A stretch of DNA of 64,000 bases from an uncultured Planctomycetota bacterium. Lineage in GTDB: Bacteria; Planctomycetota; Planctomycetia; Gemmatales; Gemmataceae. The notes below the pieces were generated by a model. It was given only the letters and a program-made list of their open reading frames with translations, was not told where the DNA came from and did not search any database. Location of the stretch: the NCBI GenBank assembly GCA_963849325.1, contig CAWKHF010000014.1, forward strand, positions 1 to 64,000, written 5' to 3'. Positions 22,301 through 32,975 of this stretch are shown in pieces; the first letter of the stretch is position 1, and each line of letters starts with the position of its first letter. The position numbers and the translations under genes are program-made.

Positions 22301-23385
22301 CTCGTTTCTCGCCCAGGGCCGACCGCGAGAACGAGCGGACGATCGGAGGCGCGGTCCGGTCGCCGCCCGTCACCATGAGCGTCGCCTCGGCCAGACCGTA
22401 GCAGGGGAAGAAGGTCTCGCGGCGGAAGCCATACGGGGCGAAGACCTCGGCGAAGCGGTCCAGCGCTTCCGCGGCCACCGGCTCGGCGCCGACGTAGGCC
22501 ACCTTCCAGCAGCTCAGGTCCAGACCCTGACATTTCTCCGGCGTCATGCGCTGGACGCAGTGGCGGAAGGCGAAGGTCGGCCCGCCGCTGACGTAGGCCC
22601 GCCGCGCGCTGATCGTCCGCAGCCAGAACATCGGCTCCTGAACGAAAGCGGCTGGCGGAAGGACCGTCATGGGCAGGCCGGTGAAGACTGTCTGCAACAG
22701 GTTGCCGATCAGCCCCATGTCGTGAAAAGCCGGCAGCCAACACACGGTGTCCGTCTGGGGGGTCAACCCCAGGATTTCCCGCATACGGGTCAGGTTGTGG
22801 AGCAAGGCGGCGTGGGTCAGCATCACGCCCTTGGGCAGCCCGGTCGAACCGGAGGTGTACTGGAGGACGGCCAGGTCGTCGCGTCCGATGCTCGGCACGG
22901 GACACGTCCCGGCGTCGCTCTCCGCGATCGCGGAGGTGTCGAGCCAGTCGAGGGCTTGCAGCCGAGGCACTCGCGCCGTCAGCCGCCCCAGGTCGCGGAG
23001 GGTTTTCGTGTTCGTCAGGGCCAGGACGGACCCCGAATTCTCGGCCACGCTTTGCAGGCGCACGTCCGAGCGGTTGGCCCGCGGCGGGTAGAGGGGAACG
23101 GCGATCACGCCGGCATACAGACAGCCGAACAGGCCGACCAGGAAATCCAGACCCGGAGGGTAGCAGAGCAACGCCCTCTGCCCGGCCCGGCCTGCGGAGC
23201 ACGGAGGCGACGGCACGGGCTTGCCGGTCGAGCTGGCGGAAGGAGAGGCGGACCTCCTCGGCGCGGCCGTCCGCGAGGAAGGCATAGCCGTGGACGCTGC
23301 CTTCTTCGGCCCGAGCCTGGAGCGAATGAATCAGGCTTTCGTTGGTCGAGCCGTTTATGAGGGCGATGCGCGACATAGCAATCAT
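16362..23385 (-). CDS. type I PKS: FAAL-ACP-KS-AT-MT-(KR remnant)-ACP (several frameshifts)
   Basis: [119 protein letters not shown]. Confidence 0.88.
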
Positions 23386-23699
23386 GGGGCAGAGGCCAAT
23401 CCGAGGAAACCTCGGTGGTGATCATTCGGTGCGAGAGGATCTCTCCCCTCCACCTCGACTCTTTTCCTGTACGGCACCAACCGAGAACTGTGACACAATC
23501 TTGCCCGGAGACCGCGAGGGATTCAAGGATAAAGGCAATCTTCTCGCCAATATCCCAGGACGCCCCGTCGGAAGAAAATGCCCAATCCACGTCTTCGCCA
23601 AAGACCATCGGTTCGAGACGCTGATTGATTCTCCCTTCCTGGTTGAATCCGCACGGAAGGCGGGCCGAATCGACGATCGCGGCCCGTTTGTGGCTACCC

Positions 23700-23812
23700 T
23701 GGAAAAAGAAGCCGGCATGGCCGAACACCCTGAGGTATTCGATCACGCCGGCTTACTCGTCAACGGACCCCCCGGCATGGCCGGGTTGTCCTTCATCTAG
23801 TCATCCGACGAT
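23700..23812 (-). promoter_or_regulatory. candidate structured leader RNA with intrinsic terminator (attenuator/riboswitch) upstream of the PKS operon
   Basis: Nested stems, then a 21-bp hairpin followed by CTTTTT. A duplicated 12-mer allows an alternative pairing. Confidence 0.55.
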
Positions 23813-24126
23813 TACAATCGAAATCTTTAGCGCAGTTGGTGAAAAGCTCACTGCGACTCCGCTACGTTTTGTCATTCTACGGCTCGGGACCGGGAAAGCA
23901 AGGGGATTGTCGTTCCGCGCCCGCTATCCCGCTATCCGAATCCCCAGCTCGACTGGGAATCGAGAGTTCGCATGGACTCGACCCCGATTGCCCGTTTCGC
24001 CGCAAGTTGACGGGTGCCAAAGGGCTGCCTACAATTCGGGTGCGATGGCTGCCGCTTCGCCTCGGGAGAACGCTAAGCCGCAAGCGGCTTGGCGGAGGCG
24101 GCACGTCTCGAAGAAAGGGAGTTCCC

Positions 24127-25065
24127 ATGAAACGTTTGATCGCTTCCGTCGTCCTTCTCGGTCTGTTCGTCGTCGTCGGCACGTCCTGCTGCGCCGGCCG
24201 ACAGGACCGCAGAGCGGAGCCGGTCGCCCCGGAGGTGACGCCGCGAGCCGCCGAACCGGACGAGAAAGTTGATCTGACACCCAAGGCGCTCGATCGCATC
24301 CCGGTCGGCACTGTCATCGGCGCCGCGCGCCGAAGGGTTGGTCCAACCTGGTTCTGTTCGCCATCCCGACGTTGACGCGCGAGGACGAGCAGTCCGCGCC
24401 GCGCATGGCCGCCCACTACGCACAAGCTGTTCAAGTTCACGGTGCTGGCCAACGTCGCGCGCGGCAAGGGCGGCGACAAGGCCCCATTCTATCTGCAAAA
24501 AGTCGCGCGTGGCTTCGCCACGACCATCGACGGCAAGAACACCATCGTCAGCGGCGCCAACACGATGGGCGCCGACCTGGGTCTGTTCGGTCGTCGCATC
24601 CTCGACGAGAACGAGAAGGTCCTCGACGAGGATGTTCGGCAAGTGGTCCGCAGCAACACCATGCTGATCTTCGACGCCCAAGCGGTCATGCTGCGGGGCG
24701 GCGATCACGTCAACATGATCATGCGTCACGCCCTCCTGGTCGATCCGGCCAGCGGCCGCCTCTACACGCTGGTGTGGCTGCTGACACGAGATTATCAGCC
24801 GGCCGAGAAGGCCATCCAGCTGCTGCCCGAGGGGATGCGCGAGAAACGGCTGCTGAGCGTCAAGCGCGATAAGTTCTCGGCGCTGGGCATCCCCAACCGC
24901 GACGCCTTCGCCCTCCGACAGCTTCCCCAGGGCACGGCGATCCCTTACACGCCGGCGCTCAAGGAGGCGGCCAGCGTCAAGAAGTTCCAGGAGTTGCAGG
25001 TGCCCAAGATCGAGGAGACGCTGCGAACCGTGGCGGCGACAACGGCCGCCAAGACCGCCAAGTGA
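24127..25065 (+). CDS. hypothetical lipoprotein (frameshifts ~24325, ~24425)
   Basis: MKRLIASVVLLGLFVVVGTSCC signal peptide; AAAGGGAG RBS. Confidence 0.65.
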
Positions 25066-25151
25066 GCTTCGACCCCAAGCCGCTTGCGGCTTAGCGTTGG
25101 CCGCCCTACGCGAAGCCGCAAGCGGCTCGGATTCTCGGGGAGTGCCTCGCC

Positions 25152-26043
25152 ATGAAGCGCTTGTTGTCCGCCCTGGTCCTGACCTTTCTCTCCGCTGCGG
25201 CGGCGGTCGCGGAGGAGGTCAAAAATCCGCTCTTCGAGGAGCTGGTCTCTCGCGGCATCGTCCTCCCCGATGGGCCGACCGTCAAACTCCCCGACCCCTT
25301 GCTTCCACCCGGATCGCCGCCCCCCGCCGATACCGGCGCCTTGCTCGACAAGGCTGCCGGCCGCGTTCCGGTCGAACTCTTTAGGCGGCGGACGATCAAC
25401 GCTCCCTTCTCGTTGAAAATCAGCTCCGTCGAGAAAGCGGACAACGAGCGCCGCGGCCAGATGATTGACCTCACCTTCCTGGCCTACGGCAAACTCGACG
25501 CCGTGCTCGACACGGACTTCATGAAGCACTTTCTCAGCGGCAAGGAGAAGGCCGGCGCGGGCGGCAACAGCACCATCCTGAGCGCGAAGGAACTGAAGGA
25601 ACGCGGCATCCGTCTGCTGGACGTGCCGGGCCTGAAGGACCAGTACGCCACGACGACACTCTCGCTGTTACAAAAAGTCCAGGTCGAGGGGATCATGCGC
25701 AGCGTCGCGCACGAAGTCGCCGCACGCGGTCCTGTCCGCGACTCGGCTCGACGATCGTTTTCGGAACGACAAGGAGCACCCGAATATCTGGCGGCACATC
25801 ATACCGGCCGGCGACGACGAAAAGCTCGGACCGCCCCATCCCTATACGGGTCTGGCAGGTTATGTCCTCGTCACCCAGTTGCCGGAGCCGAAAGACGCTC
25901 TGCTGGTCGAGATGCACTTCCTTTTGCACGAACCGCACGACTGGTTCGGCGGACTCCCCCTCCTGCGCTCGAAAATGTCGATCCTGATCCCGGACAACGT
26001 CCGCTCCTTCCGACGCAAACTGGCCAAGAAAGAGACGGAATAA
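25152..26043 (+). CDS. hypothetical secreted protein (frameshift ~25705)
   Basis: Signal peptide MKRLLSALVLTFLSAAAAVA. The C-terminus continues in another frame (HEPHDWFGG...LRSK) to TAA at 26043. Confidence 0.65.
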
Positions 26044-26046
26044 AAA

Positions 26047-26143
26047 ATGAACCGACAGATGAACACGGATAAGACAAAAACAGCCGCCCTTTATCATCTG
26101 TCTTTGTCTTATCCGTGTTCATCCGTGTACATCTGTGGTTCAT
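26047..26143. repeat. MITE-like inverted repeat
   Basis: GATGAACACGGATAAGACAAA ... TTTGTCTTATCCGTGTTCATC. Confidence 0.7.
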
Positions 26144-26338
26144 TGTTCTTCTCCACCTAAGTTCCTCCGCGGCGCGGCTAAACGGATTTGGAGAGTTGTA
26201 ACGCCTGACTTGGATGGGCAAGGTGGAAAAACGCTCCGGCCTCTCTGGTAACGCGAACGGGGACAATTTTATGATGGATTGGACAGCCATTCGCGCTTCG
26301 GTCCCCCGACCCGTAACCGAGAAGAGAGCCTTTCGCCA

Positions 26339-28482
26339 ATGTCCCAGCCCACGCGGAACAGCCTCGAACTCTGTTCGTCCGTCGAACCGCCTGACACCCT
26401 CTTCCGTCTGGCGCGTCATCGCGCCGGGGAGCACCCGGACGTTCGCGGTTACACCTTCCTCGCCGACGGCGAGACGGAAGAGCAGATCCTGACCTACGGC
26501 GACCTGGACGCGCGGGCGCGGGCGATCGCCGCCCGCATTCAGTCCGTCTGCCGTCCGGGCGAACACGTCCTGCTGCTGTACGGCCCGGGCCTGGATTACA
26601 TCGTCGCCCTGTTCGCCTGCCAGTACGCCGGCGTCGTCCCTGTCCCCGCCTATCCGCCGGATCCCCTGCGAGCGGCGCGGACGCTGTCGCGGCTGCAGGC
26701 CATCGTGACCGACTGCGGAGCGAGCCTGGCGCTGGGCAGCGACGAACACCTCGGCTGGCTCGGCGGCGCCCTGGCCGGCGATTTGGGGCTACGGCTGGCG
26801 CTCTCGACGGAACGATGGCCGGAGTGGACGGGATTGCCGTGGACCGCGCCGGAAACGCACCCCGACCAGGTCGCCCTGTTGCAGTACACGTCCGGCTCGA
26901 CGGCCACGCCGCGCGGCGTCATGGTGACGCACCGCAACTTGTGGTTTCAATTTCAGGGGATGCAGGTCGCCGATAGCGACGACTCGGCCGGCGTGAGCTG
27001 GCTGCCGCTGTATCACGACCTGGGCCTGATCGGCGGGGCCTTGACGCCGATCTACTTCCGTCGTCCAGTGACGCTGATGTCGCCGTTAGCCTTCGTCCAG
27101 CGACCTCTGCGCTGGCTGCATGCCATCTCGCGCTACCCGCGCTCCCATCACGGGCGCCCCCAACTTCGCCTTGGACCTGTGCGTGAGTAAGTTCTCTCCC
27201 ACCGAGGCGGAAGGGCCTCGACCTGTCTTGCCTGCGCGTCCTCCTGACCGGGGCCGAGCCAGTGCGGTCCGATACGCTCGACCGCTTCACCGCAACCTTC
27301 GCTCCGTATGGCCTCTCCTCGAGGGTTTGGTGTCCCTGTTTTGGCCTGGCGGAAGCGACCCTCGGCGTGACGGCCGCCACCGACGCCGCGCAGGTGCGAC
27401 GACTGGACTTCGCGCTCCGCGAACTGGAACGCAACCGAGCCGTGCCCGTAACGGGCACCGGCGAGCCATGTCGTCGCCTGGTTGGCTGCGGCCGGCCCCT
27501 GGAAGGCAGCGAGGTACTCGTCGTCGATCCGCTCCGCCGCACGGCCCTGCCGGATGGACAGGTCGGCGAGATTTGGGTACACGGACCCAACGTGGCACGC
27601 GGCTACTGGAACAAGCCGGAGGAGACCGAAGCTCTCTTCCACGCCCGCCTGGCCGACGACGGCGAACGGGGGCCATACCTGCGAACCGGCGACCTGGGCT
27701 TTTTCCACGACGGGCAACTGTACCTGACGGGACGGATGAAAGAGACGATGGTGTTCTGGGGCCGCAATGTCTACCCTCAGGACGTGGAGAGGACGGTCGG
27801 CTCCTGTCATCCGTCCTTGAAGCAAAACGGCGGCGCCGCCTTCGCCGTCGAGGTGGACGGCCGGGAGCAGTTGGCCGTGGTGCAGGAGGTCGTTCGCCCC
27901 GGCAAGGTCGATCTCAACGCCGTTGCCGACGCCGTCCGCCAGGCGGTCCAGGCGGAGCACCTCGTTCCTCTGCATGTCCTCGTCCTCATCAAGCCGGGCA
28001 CCCTGCCCAAGACCTCCAGCGGCAAGACGCAGCGCAACCTGGTGCGCGAGCGGTTCCTGGCCGGCGAACTGGCCGTGGTACGACGGTGGCACTCCGCGGT
28101 TGAGGGAGAGGCGGCGCCCGCCGCGATAGAAGGGCGAGCGTTCAGCCGCGAGGAGATTCGCTCCTGGCTGGTGGCTCGCGTCGCCCGGCACTGCCAGGTG
28201 GCCGAGAGCGAGATCGATCCCGGCCTGGCCATCAACAGCTACGTCCTGGATTCGGTCAGCGCCGTTACGATCGCCACGGAGCTTCAGGACTGGCTGGGCC
28301 GAACCATCTCGCCGACGGTACTCTACGATAGCCCTTCGCTCTCGGTCCTGGCCGGACGACTCGCCGACCCGCCCACGCAAGTCCCGGTGGTTGCGGTCGA
28401 GAAGCTGACACCCGGCGAGCTGGACGACGTCCTGATGCGGTTGCTCGGGGATTCGGGCGAGCCGCTATTTCCCAACCACTAG
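26339..28482 (+). CDS. stand-alone fatty acyl-AMP ligase-ACP didomain (frameshifts ~27135, ~27215)
   Basis: [57 protein letters not shown]. Confidence 0.88.
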
Positions 28483-28536
28483 CCCGGAGCGTCCGCGACG
28501 GGTGCCACGAACCCATCGCGGACGCTCTGGGCTAGT
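28478..28536. repeat. palindromic REP-like hairpin
   Basis: ACTAGCCCGGAGCGTCCGCGACGGGT ... ACCCATCGCGGACGCTCTGGGCTAGT. Confidence 0.7.
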
Positions 28537-28683
28537 AGTTGGAACCACGCTACCCGCCAGCCCCGGCCATCCTTACACTGAAGAGGAACGATTTCCTCAC
28601 AAGCCCCCAGCGCAAGCGACGGACGGAAAAACCCATCACCTGGGCTGCGGGCTACTATAATTTCGCATCCACGGATTCACTCG

Positions 28684-29445
28684 ATGACCGGCGACAACGC
28701 CCCCTGGCTTTCCCCTTCCTGCCTGATCTACTGCGATCATCTGCAGCGCCGCTACCCCGATGGCGAGGTGATGGCCGTGCGCGACATCACGCTGCGCATC
28801 GATCGCGGCGAGTACGTCGCCATCATGGGGCCCAGCGGCAGCGGCAAATCGACGCTCTTGAACCTCATCGCCGGCCTGGATCGGCCCACGGCGGGGGAGG
28901 TCTACTTCGAGGGCGAAGCGCTCTCCCGCGCCGGCTCGCGCAGCCGACTGCGCATCGACAAGATCGGCTTCGTGTTTCAGTCGTTCAACCTGCTGGCGAC
29001 GCTGACCGCCTGCGAGAACGTGCAGGTGCCGATGTTCGAGGGGCCGCTGCCGGGACGGGCACGCCGCCGCAAGGCCATCGAGTTGCTCGGCCTGGTCGGC
29101 CTGGGGCACCGGCAGAATCATTTGCCGAGCCAGTTGTCCGGCGGCGAGAAGCAGCGCGTGGCCGTGGCGAGGGCGCTGGCCAACGATCCCCGCGCCCTTC
29201 TGGCCGACGAACCGACCGGCAACCTCGACAGCGCCAGCGGCGAGGAAGTGCTGGCCCTGTTCGACCGGCTGCAAGCGGAGCGGAAGGTCACGCCGATCGT
29301 CGTCACGCACAGCGACGAGGTAGCCCGACGGGCGCGGCGGCTGATCCGCCTCCGCGACGGACGGATCGTCGAGGATTGCCGAACCGGCGAAGCGGCGGAC
29401 GAGCGCTCACCCGCGGCGCGGCCTCAGAGCCAGCCCCGATCATGA
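28684..29445 (+). CDS. ABC transporter ATP-binding protein (LolD/MacB type)
   Basis: GPSGSGKST, LSGGEKQRVAVARAL, LLADEPTGNLD, VVTH. Confidence 0.92.
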   Translation: MTGDNAPWLSPSCLIYCDHLQRRYPDGEVMAVRDITLRIDRGEYVAIMGPSGSGKSTLLNLIAGLDRPTAGEVYFEGEALSRAGSRSRLRIDKIGFVFQSFNLLATLTACENVQVPMFEGPLPGRARRRKAIELLGLVGLGHRQNHLPSQLSGGEKQRVAVARALANDPRALLADEPTGNLDSASGEEVLALFDRLQAERKVTPIVVTHSDEVARRARRLIRLRDGRIVEDCRTGEAADERSPAARPQSQPRS

Positions 29446-30449
29446 TACCAGCGGGCGGTGGCGCGCAACCCGGTCGCCAAGTCGTTGCGGCAGACGAAGC
29501 CGAGTTCGTGTTTGGCCTTGCTCGGGTCGCAGATCCAGGAGCCGGCCAGGATCTCGCGGAGCTTGTCGGAGTTGAGCCAGTAGGCGCGGCCGACCGGCCG
29601 CGCCCGGTAATCGTTGATGTAGGCGCCGAGCCAACACAGGGGAAGGGGGACGCGAATGCTCCAGGAGATTCGGCTGCCCACGGCCTCGGCCATGAGATTG
29701 GCCAACTCGGTCACGGTGGGCCGCTCGTCGAGGGCGACGAAGTAGACGCCGCTTTCGTCGCGGAGAGGGTCGGCATACGGAACCAGGCGCCGTCCCCGCT
29801 CGGCGGCCAGGACCATCGCCTCCACGAGGTCTTCGACGTAGATCCAGGAGTGGCGCGATTTGTCGAGTCCCGGATGCAGGACGATGCCTCGCCGGGCCAG
29901 GCGGAGTAGCTTGAGCAGGTACGGCTCGCCGGGTCCGAACACGCACGGAGGACGCAAGACGGTGATAGGCAGTCGGCCCGCCAAGGAGCGCAGGCTCCGT
30001 TCGCCGTCCAACTTGCTCCGGCCATAGTCCGATACCGGGCGGGGAGGGTAATCCTCGCTCAGAGGTCGGTAGCGTGACGGGCCGGCGGCGGCCAGCGAGG
30101 AGATGTACACGAAGGTTGGCGGCACGGAGCGGCCGGCGCAGGCCTCGGCCAACCAGCGCGTTCCTCGGGCGTTGACCAGCCGGTAGGTACACGGATGGAT
30201 CGCCAGCGTGGCCCCGGCCAGGTGATAGACCGTCTCGACCCCGGACACCGCCTCCTCGAGGGAATCCCGCACGGTGACGTCGCCGCGGACGTACTCAACG
30301 TCAGAGGGGAGGGGACTGTCGATGGGCATCGCCCGCAGCCGATCCGGATTGCGGACCAAGCAGCGCACTTGGTCGCCGCGCTCCACGAGGCGCCGGACGA
30401 GGTGCCGCCCGATGAAGCCGGTTGCGCCGGTGACGAGCACTCGCGCCAT
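29424..30449 (-). CDS. NAD(P)-dependent extended SDR (3-beta-HSD/OleD-like)
   Basis: VTGATGFIG, SSLAA, YGRSK, LRPPCVFGPGE. Confidence 0.85.
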   Translation of the reverse strand: MARVLVTGATGFIGRHLVRRLVERGDQVRCLVRNPDRLRAMPIDSPLPSDVEYVRGDVTVRDSLEEAVSGVETVYHLAGATLAIHPCTYRLVNARGTRWLAEACAGRSVPPTFVYISSLAAAGPSRYRPLSEDYPPRPVSDYGRSKLDGERSLRSLAGRLPITVLRPPCVFGPGEPYLLKLLRLARRGIVLHPGLDKSRHSWIYVEDLVEAMVLAAERGRRLVPYADPLRDESGVYFVALDERPTVTELANLMAEAVGSRISWSIRVPLPLCWLGAYINDYRARPVGRAYWLNSDKLREILAGSWICDPSKAKHELGFVCRNDLATGLRATARWYHDRGWL

Positions 30450-30484
30450 GATGAACTCCGCGTCCTGATAGGGAGTCTTGAGCC

Positions 30485-31616
30485 ATGTGGTTTACGACGT
30501 TTATCTTCCGCAACCTGACGCGGCGACCGCTGCGATCGCTGCTGACCGCCTTCGCCGTCGCCATCGCCATCGGCTCCGTCATCGCCCTGGTGGGCGTCGC
30601 CAGCGGCTTCGAGCAGACGTTCCTGACGCTGTACGCCAACGCCGGCGTGGACCTGACCGTGATCCGCTCGGGCGCCCGGCAGCGCTTGAACAGCACCCTC
30701 GACGAGAGACTGGGCGACAAGATCCAGCAAATCGACGGCGTCCGCGAGGTCCTGGCCGGCCTGGCCGACATGGTGTCGTTCCAGGAGGCCGGCCTGTACA
30801 GCGTCCTCGTGCAGGGTTGGGAGCCGCAGACCGCCATCTTCAACCACTTGAAGATGAAGGAGGGACGCAGCCTGGTCAAGGGCGACAAGCGGGCCGTGCT
30901 GCTGGGCGTCATCCTGGCCGGCAATCTCGGCAAGACCGTCGGCGACGAGGTCGAGGTCGTCGAGGGCGAGAAATACCGTGTTGTCGGAATTTATGAGAGC
31001 AATAATATCTTTGAAAACGGCGCCCTGGTCATGCCCATCAAGGAACTGCAGCGCCTCATGGATCGGCAGGGCAAGGTAACGGGCTTCAGCCTGATCCTGG
31101 ACAACCCGCACGACACGGCCGCCGTACAGGAGATCCGCCGCCGGATTGAGGCGCTCGCCCCCGGCTTGTCGGCCCTGACGACGGAGGACCACGTCAAGAG
31201 CATCAGCGAAATCCGCCTGGCCAAGGGCATGGCCTGGCTGACGTCGTCCATCGCCCTGTTCATCGGCTTTTTCGGCATGTTGAACACCATGGTCATGTCG
31301 GTCCACGAGCGCATGCACGAGATCGGCGTTCTGCGCGCGTTGGGCTGGCGGATGACTGCGCGTCATCCGCATGATCGTGCTGGAGTCGGTCTTCCTCAGC
31401 GCCGTGGGAGCGCTGGCGGGCATGACCGGCGCCTTGGCCCTTGTCCACCTGCTGACCCACTTTCCTGCCGTCAAGGGGCTGATCGACCCGAACATTCATC
31501 CGCGTTTCTTCGCCTACGGCCTGGGCATCGCCGTGGTCCTGGGCCTGCTCGGCAGCATCCTGCCGGCCGTGCGCGCGGCCCGCATGTTACCGACCGAGGC
31601 GCTGCGCTACGAATGA
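30485..31616 (+). CDS. ABC transporter permease (MacB/FtsX family; frameshift ~31355)
   Basis: NLTRRPLRSLLT, NTMVMSVHERMHEIGVLRALGW, PAVRAARMLPTEALRYE. Confidence 0.9.
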
Positions 31617-31620
31617 ACTC

Positions 31621-31742
31621 AAAAGAGCCTCACGCAAAGGCGCAAAGAACGCAAAGGTAAAGAAATAGAAGGACAAAAACGGACTTCCCTTTCGTATCTC
31701 ATCTTTCTTTGCGTTCTTTGCGCCTTTGCGTGAGGCTCTTTT
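31621..31742. repeat. MITE-like inverted repeat
   Basis: AAAAGAGCCTCACGCAAAGGCGCAAAGAACGCAAAG ... perfect reverse complement. Confidence 0.8.
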
Positions 31743-31885
31743 GGGTGGAACCACTTAACCATAGCCCCCACTTTGCCACGGGTAAACTGCCTTTCCGCAG
31801 CAGCCATCAAGAGCGCCGGTCCTATCGCCGATAACATCTTTGCAGTGTTTGCAGGCTTTCGGATTTTTCCCGGCCTTGCCGGAGG

Positions 31886-32965
31886 ATGGCCCCCGTGCGA
31901 AGCGCATTGCGGCTGTGCTGGTGTGTGCTCGGACTGCTGCCGGCCGGCTGCGGCTGTCTGCCGCCGATGAAAGTCAACACGCAGGGCGACGTCAACGTCT
32001 CGGTGCGCACGCCGGTGACGGCGAAGGTGGACGCCACGCTCAACACCATCTCGGACCCGGGACCGCTCCAGGAAATCTGCTTTGCCGCCCTCGTGTCCGC
32101 CGGGAAGCGAGAAGATCGCGGTCCTGGACGTGGATGGTCTGCTGCTGAATCTCAATCGAGTCGGCGCGTACTCGCTGGGTGAGAACCCGGTGGCGGCATT
32201 CCAGGAGAAGTTGATGGCGGCGGCGGCGGACCCCGCCGTCAAGGCCGTCGTCGTCCGCATCAACAGTCCCGGCGGCAGCGTGGCGGCGGCCGAGCTGATG
32301 GGCCGCTCCCTGGCCGATTTCCGCCAGCACTGCGGTAAGCCGGTCGTCGCCTGCCTGCTCGACATGGGCGCCGGCGGCGGCTACTACCTCGCCAGCGGTT
32401 GCGATCAAGTCTTTGCCATCCCTGCCGCGGTGGTCGGCGGTATTGGCGTCATGTTGAATCTCTATTATCTCGAAATTGCCATGGAGCAGTGGAATGTCTT
32501 CCCCGCCGCCATCAAATCCGGCGAGCACACCGACATGGGCAACCCGGCACGCAAAATGACGGCCGAGGAGAAGGCCATGCTGACGGCGATGGCCCGAGAA
32601 TATCACGAGAATTTCAAGCAAGTCGTCCTGCGCCACCGCCCGCGCCTGAAGGCGGAGGCGGGCGTTTTCGATGGCCGCGTCATGTCGGCGTCGAAGGCGG
32701 CCGAGGTCGGTCTGATCGACGGTGTCGGCTTCTTACCGGAGGCCATCGAAAGGGCCCGGCAGCTGGCGAACGCCGGCCCCGTCACCGCGGTGATGTATTC
32801 GCGCGCAGCAGTCCCGCCCGGTCGCTGTACGAGGTCGCACCCAATCGGCCGGCCCAGGCCCTCAATATGCCCTGGAGCGTTCCCGGCATGGACCGCAGCC
32901 GAATGCCGCTGTTTCTGTACCTGTGGCAGGTCGAGCCGACGCTGCTGCGAGTCGCGCCCGATTGA
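31886..32965 (+). CDS. S49/SppA-family peptidase homologue, lipoprotein, probably inactive (frameshifts ~32085, ~32805)
   Basis: LLPAGC lipobox, VRINSPGGS, GGYYLA, FDGRV. The catalytic residues are substituted. Confidence 0.75.
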
Positions 32966-32975
32966 GGCCGACGCT

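Noticed and set aside
23105-23800. ORFs in the PKS leader (23105-23746, 23342-23800, 23422-23718)
   Set aside because: No RBS or motifs and atypical codon usage. The region is better explained as a structured 5' leader.
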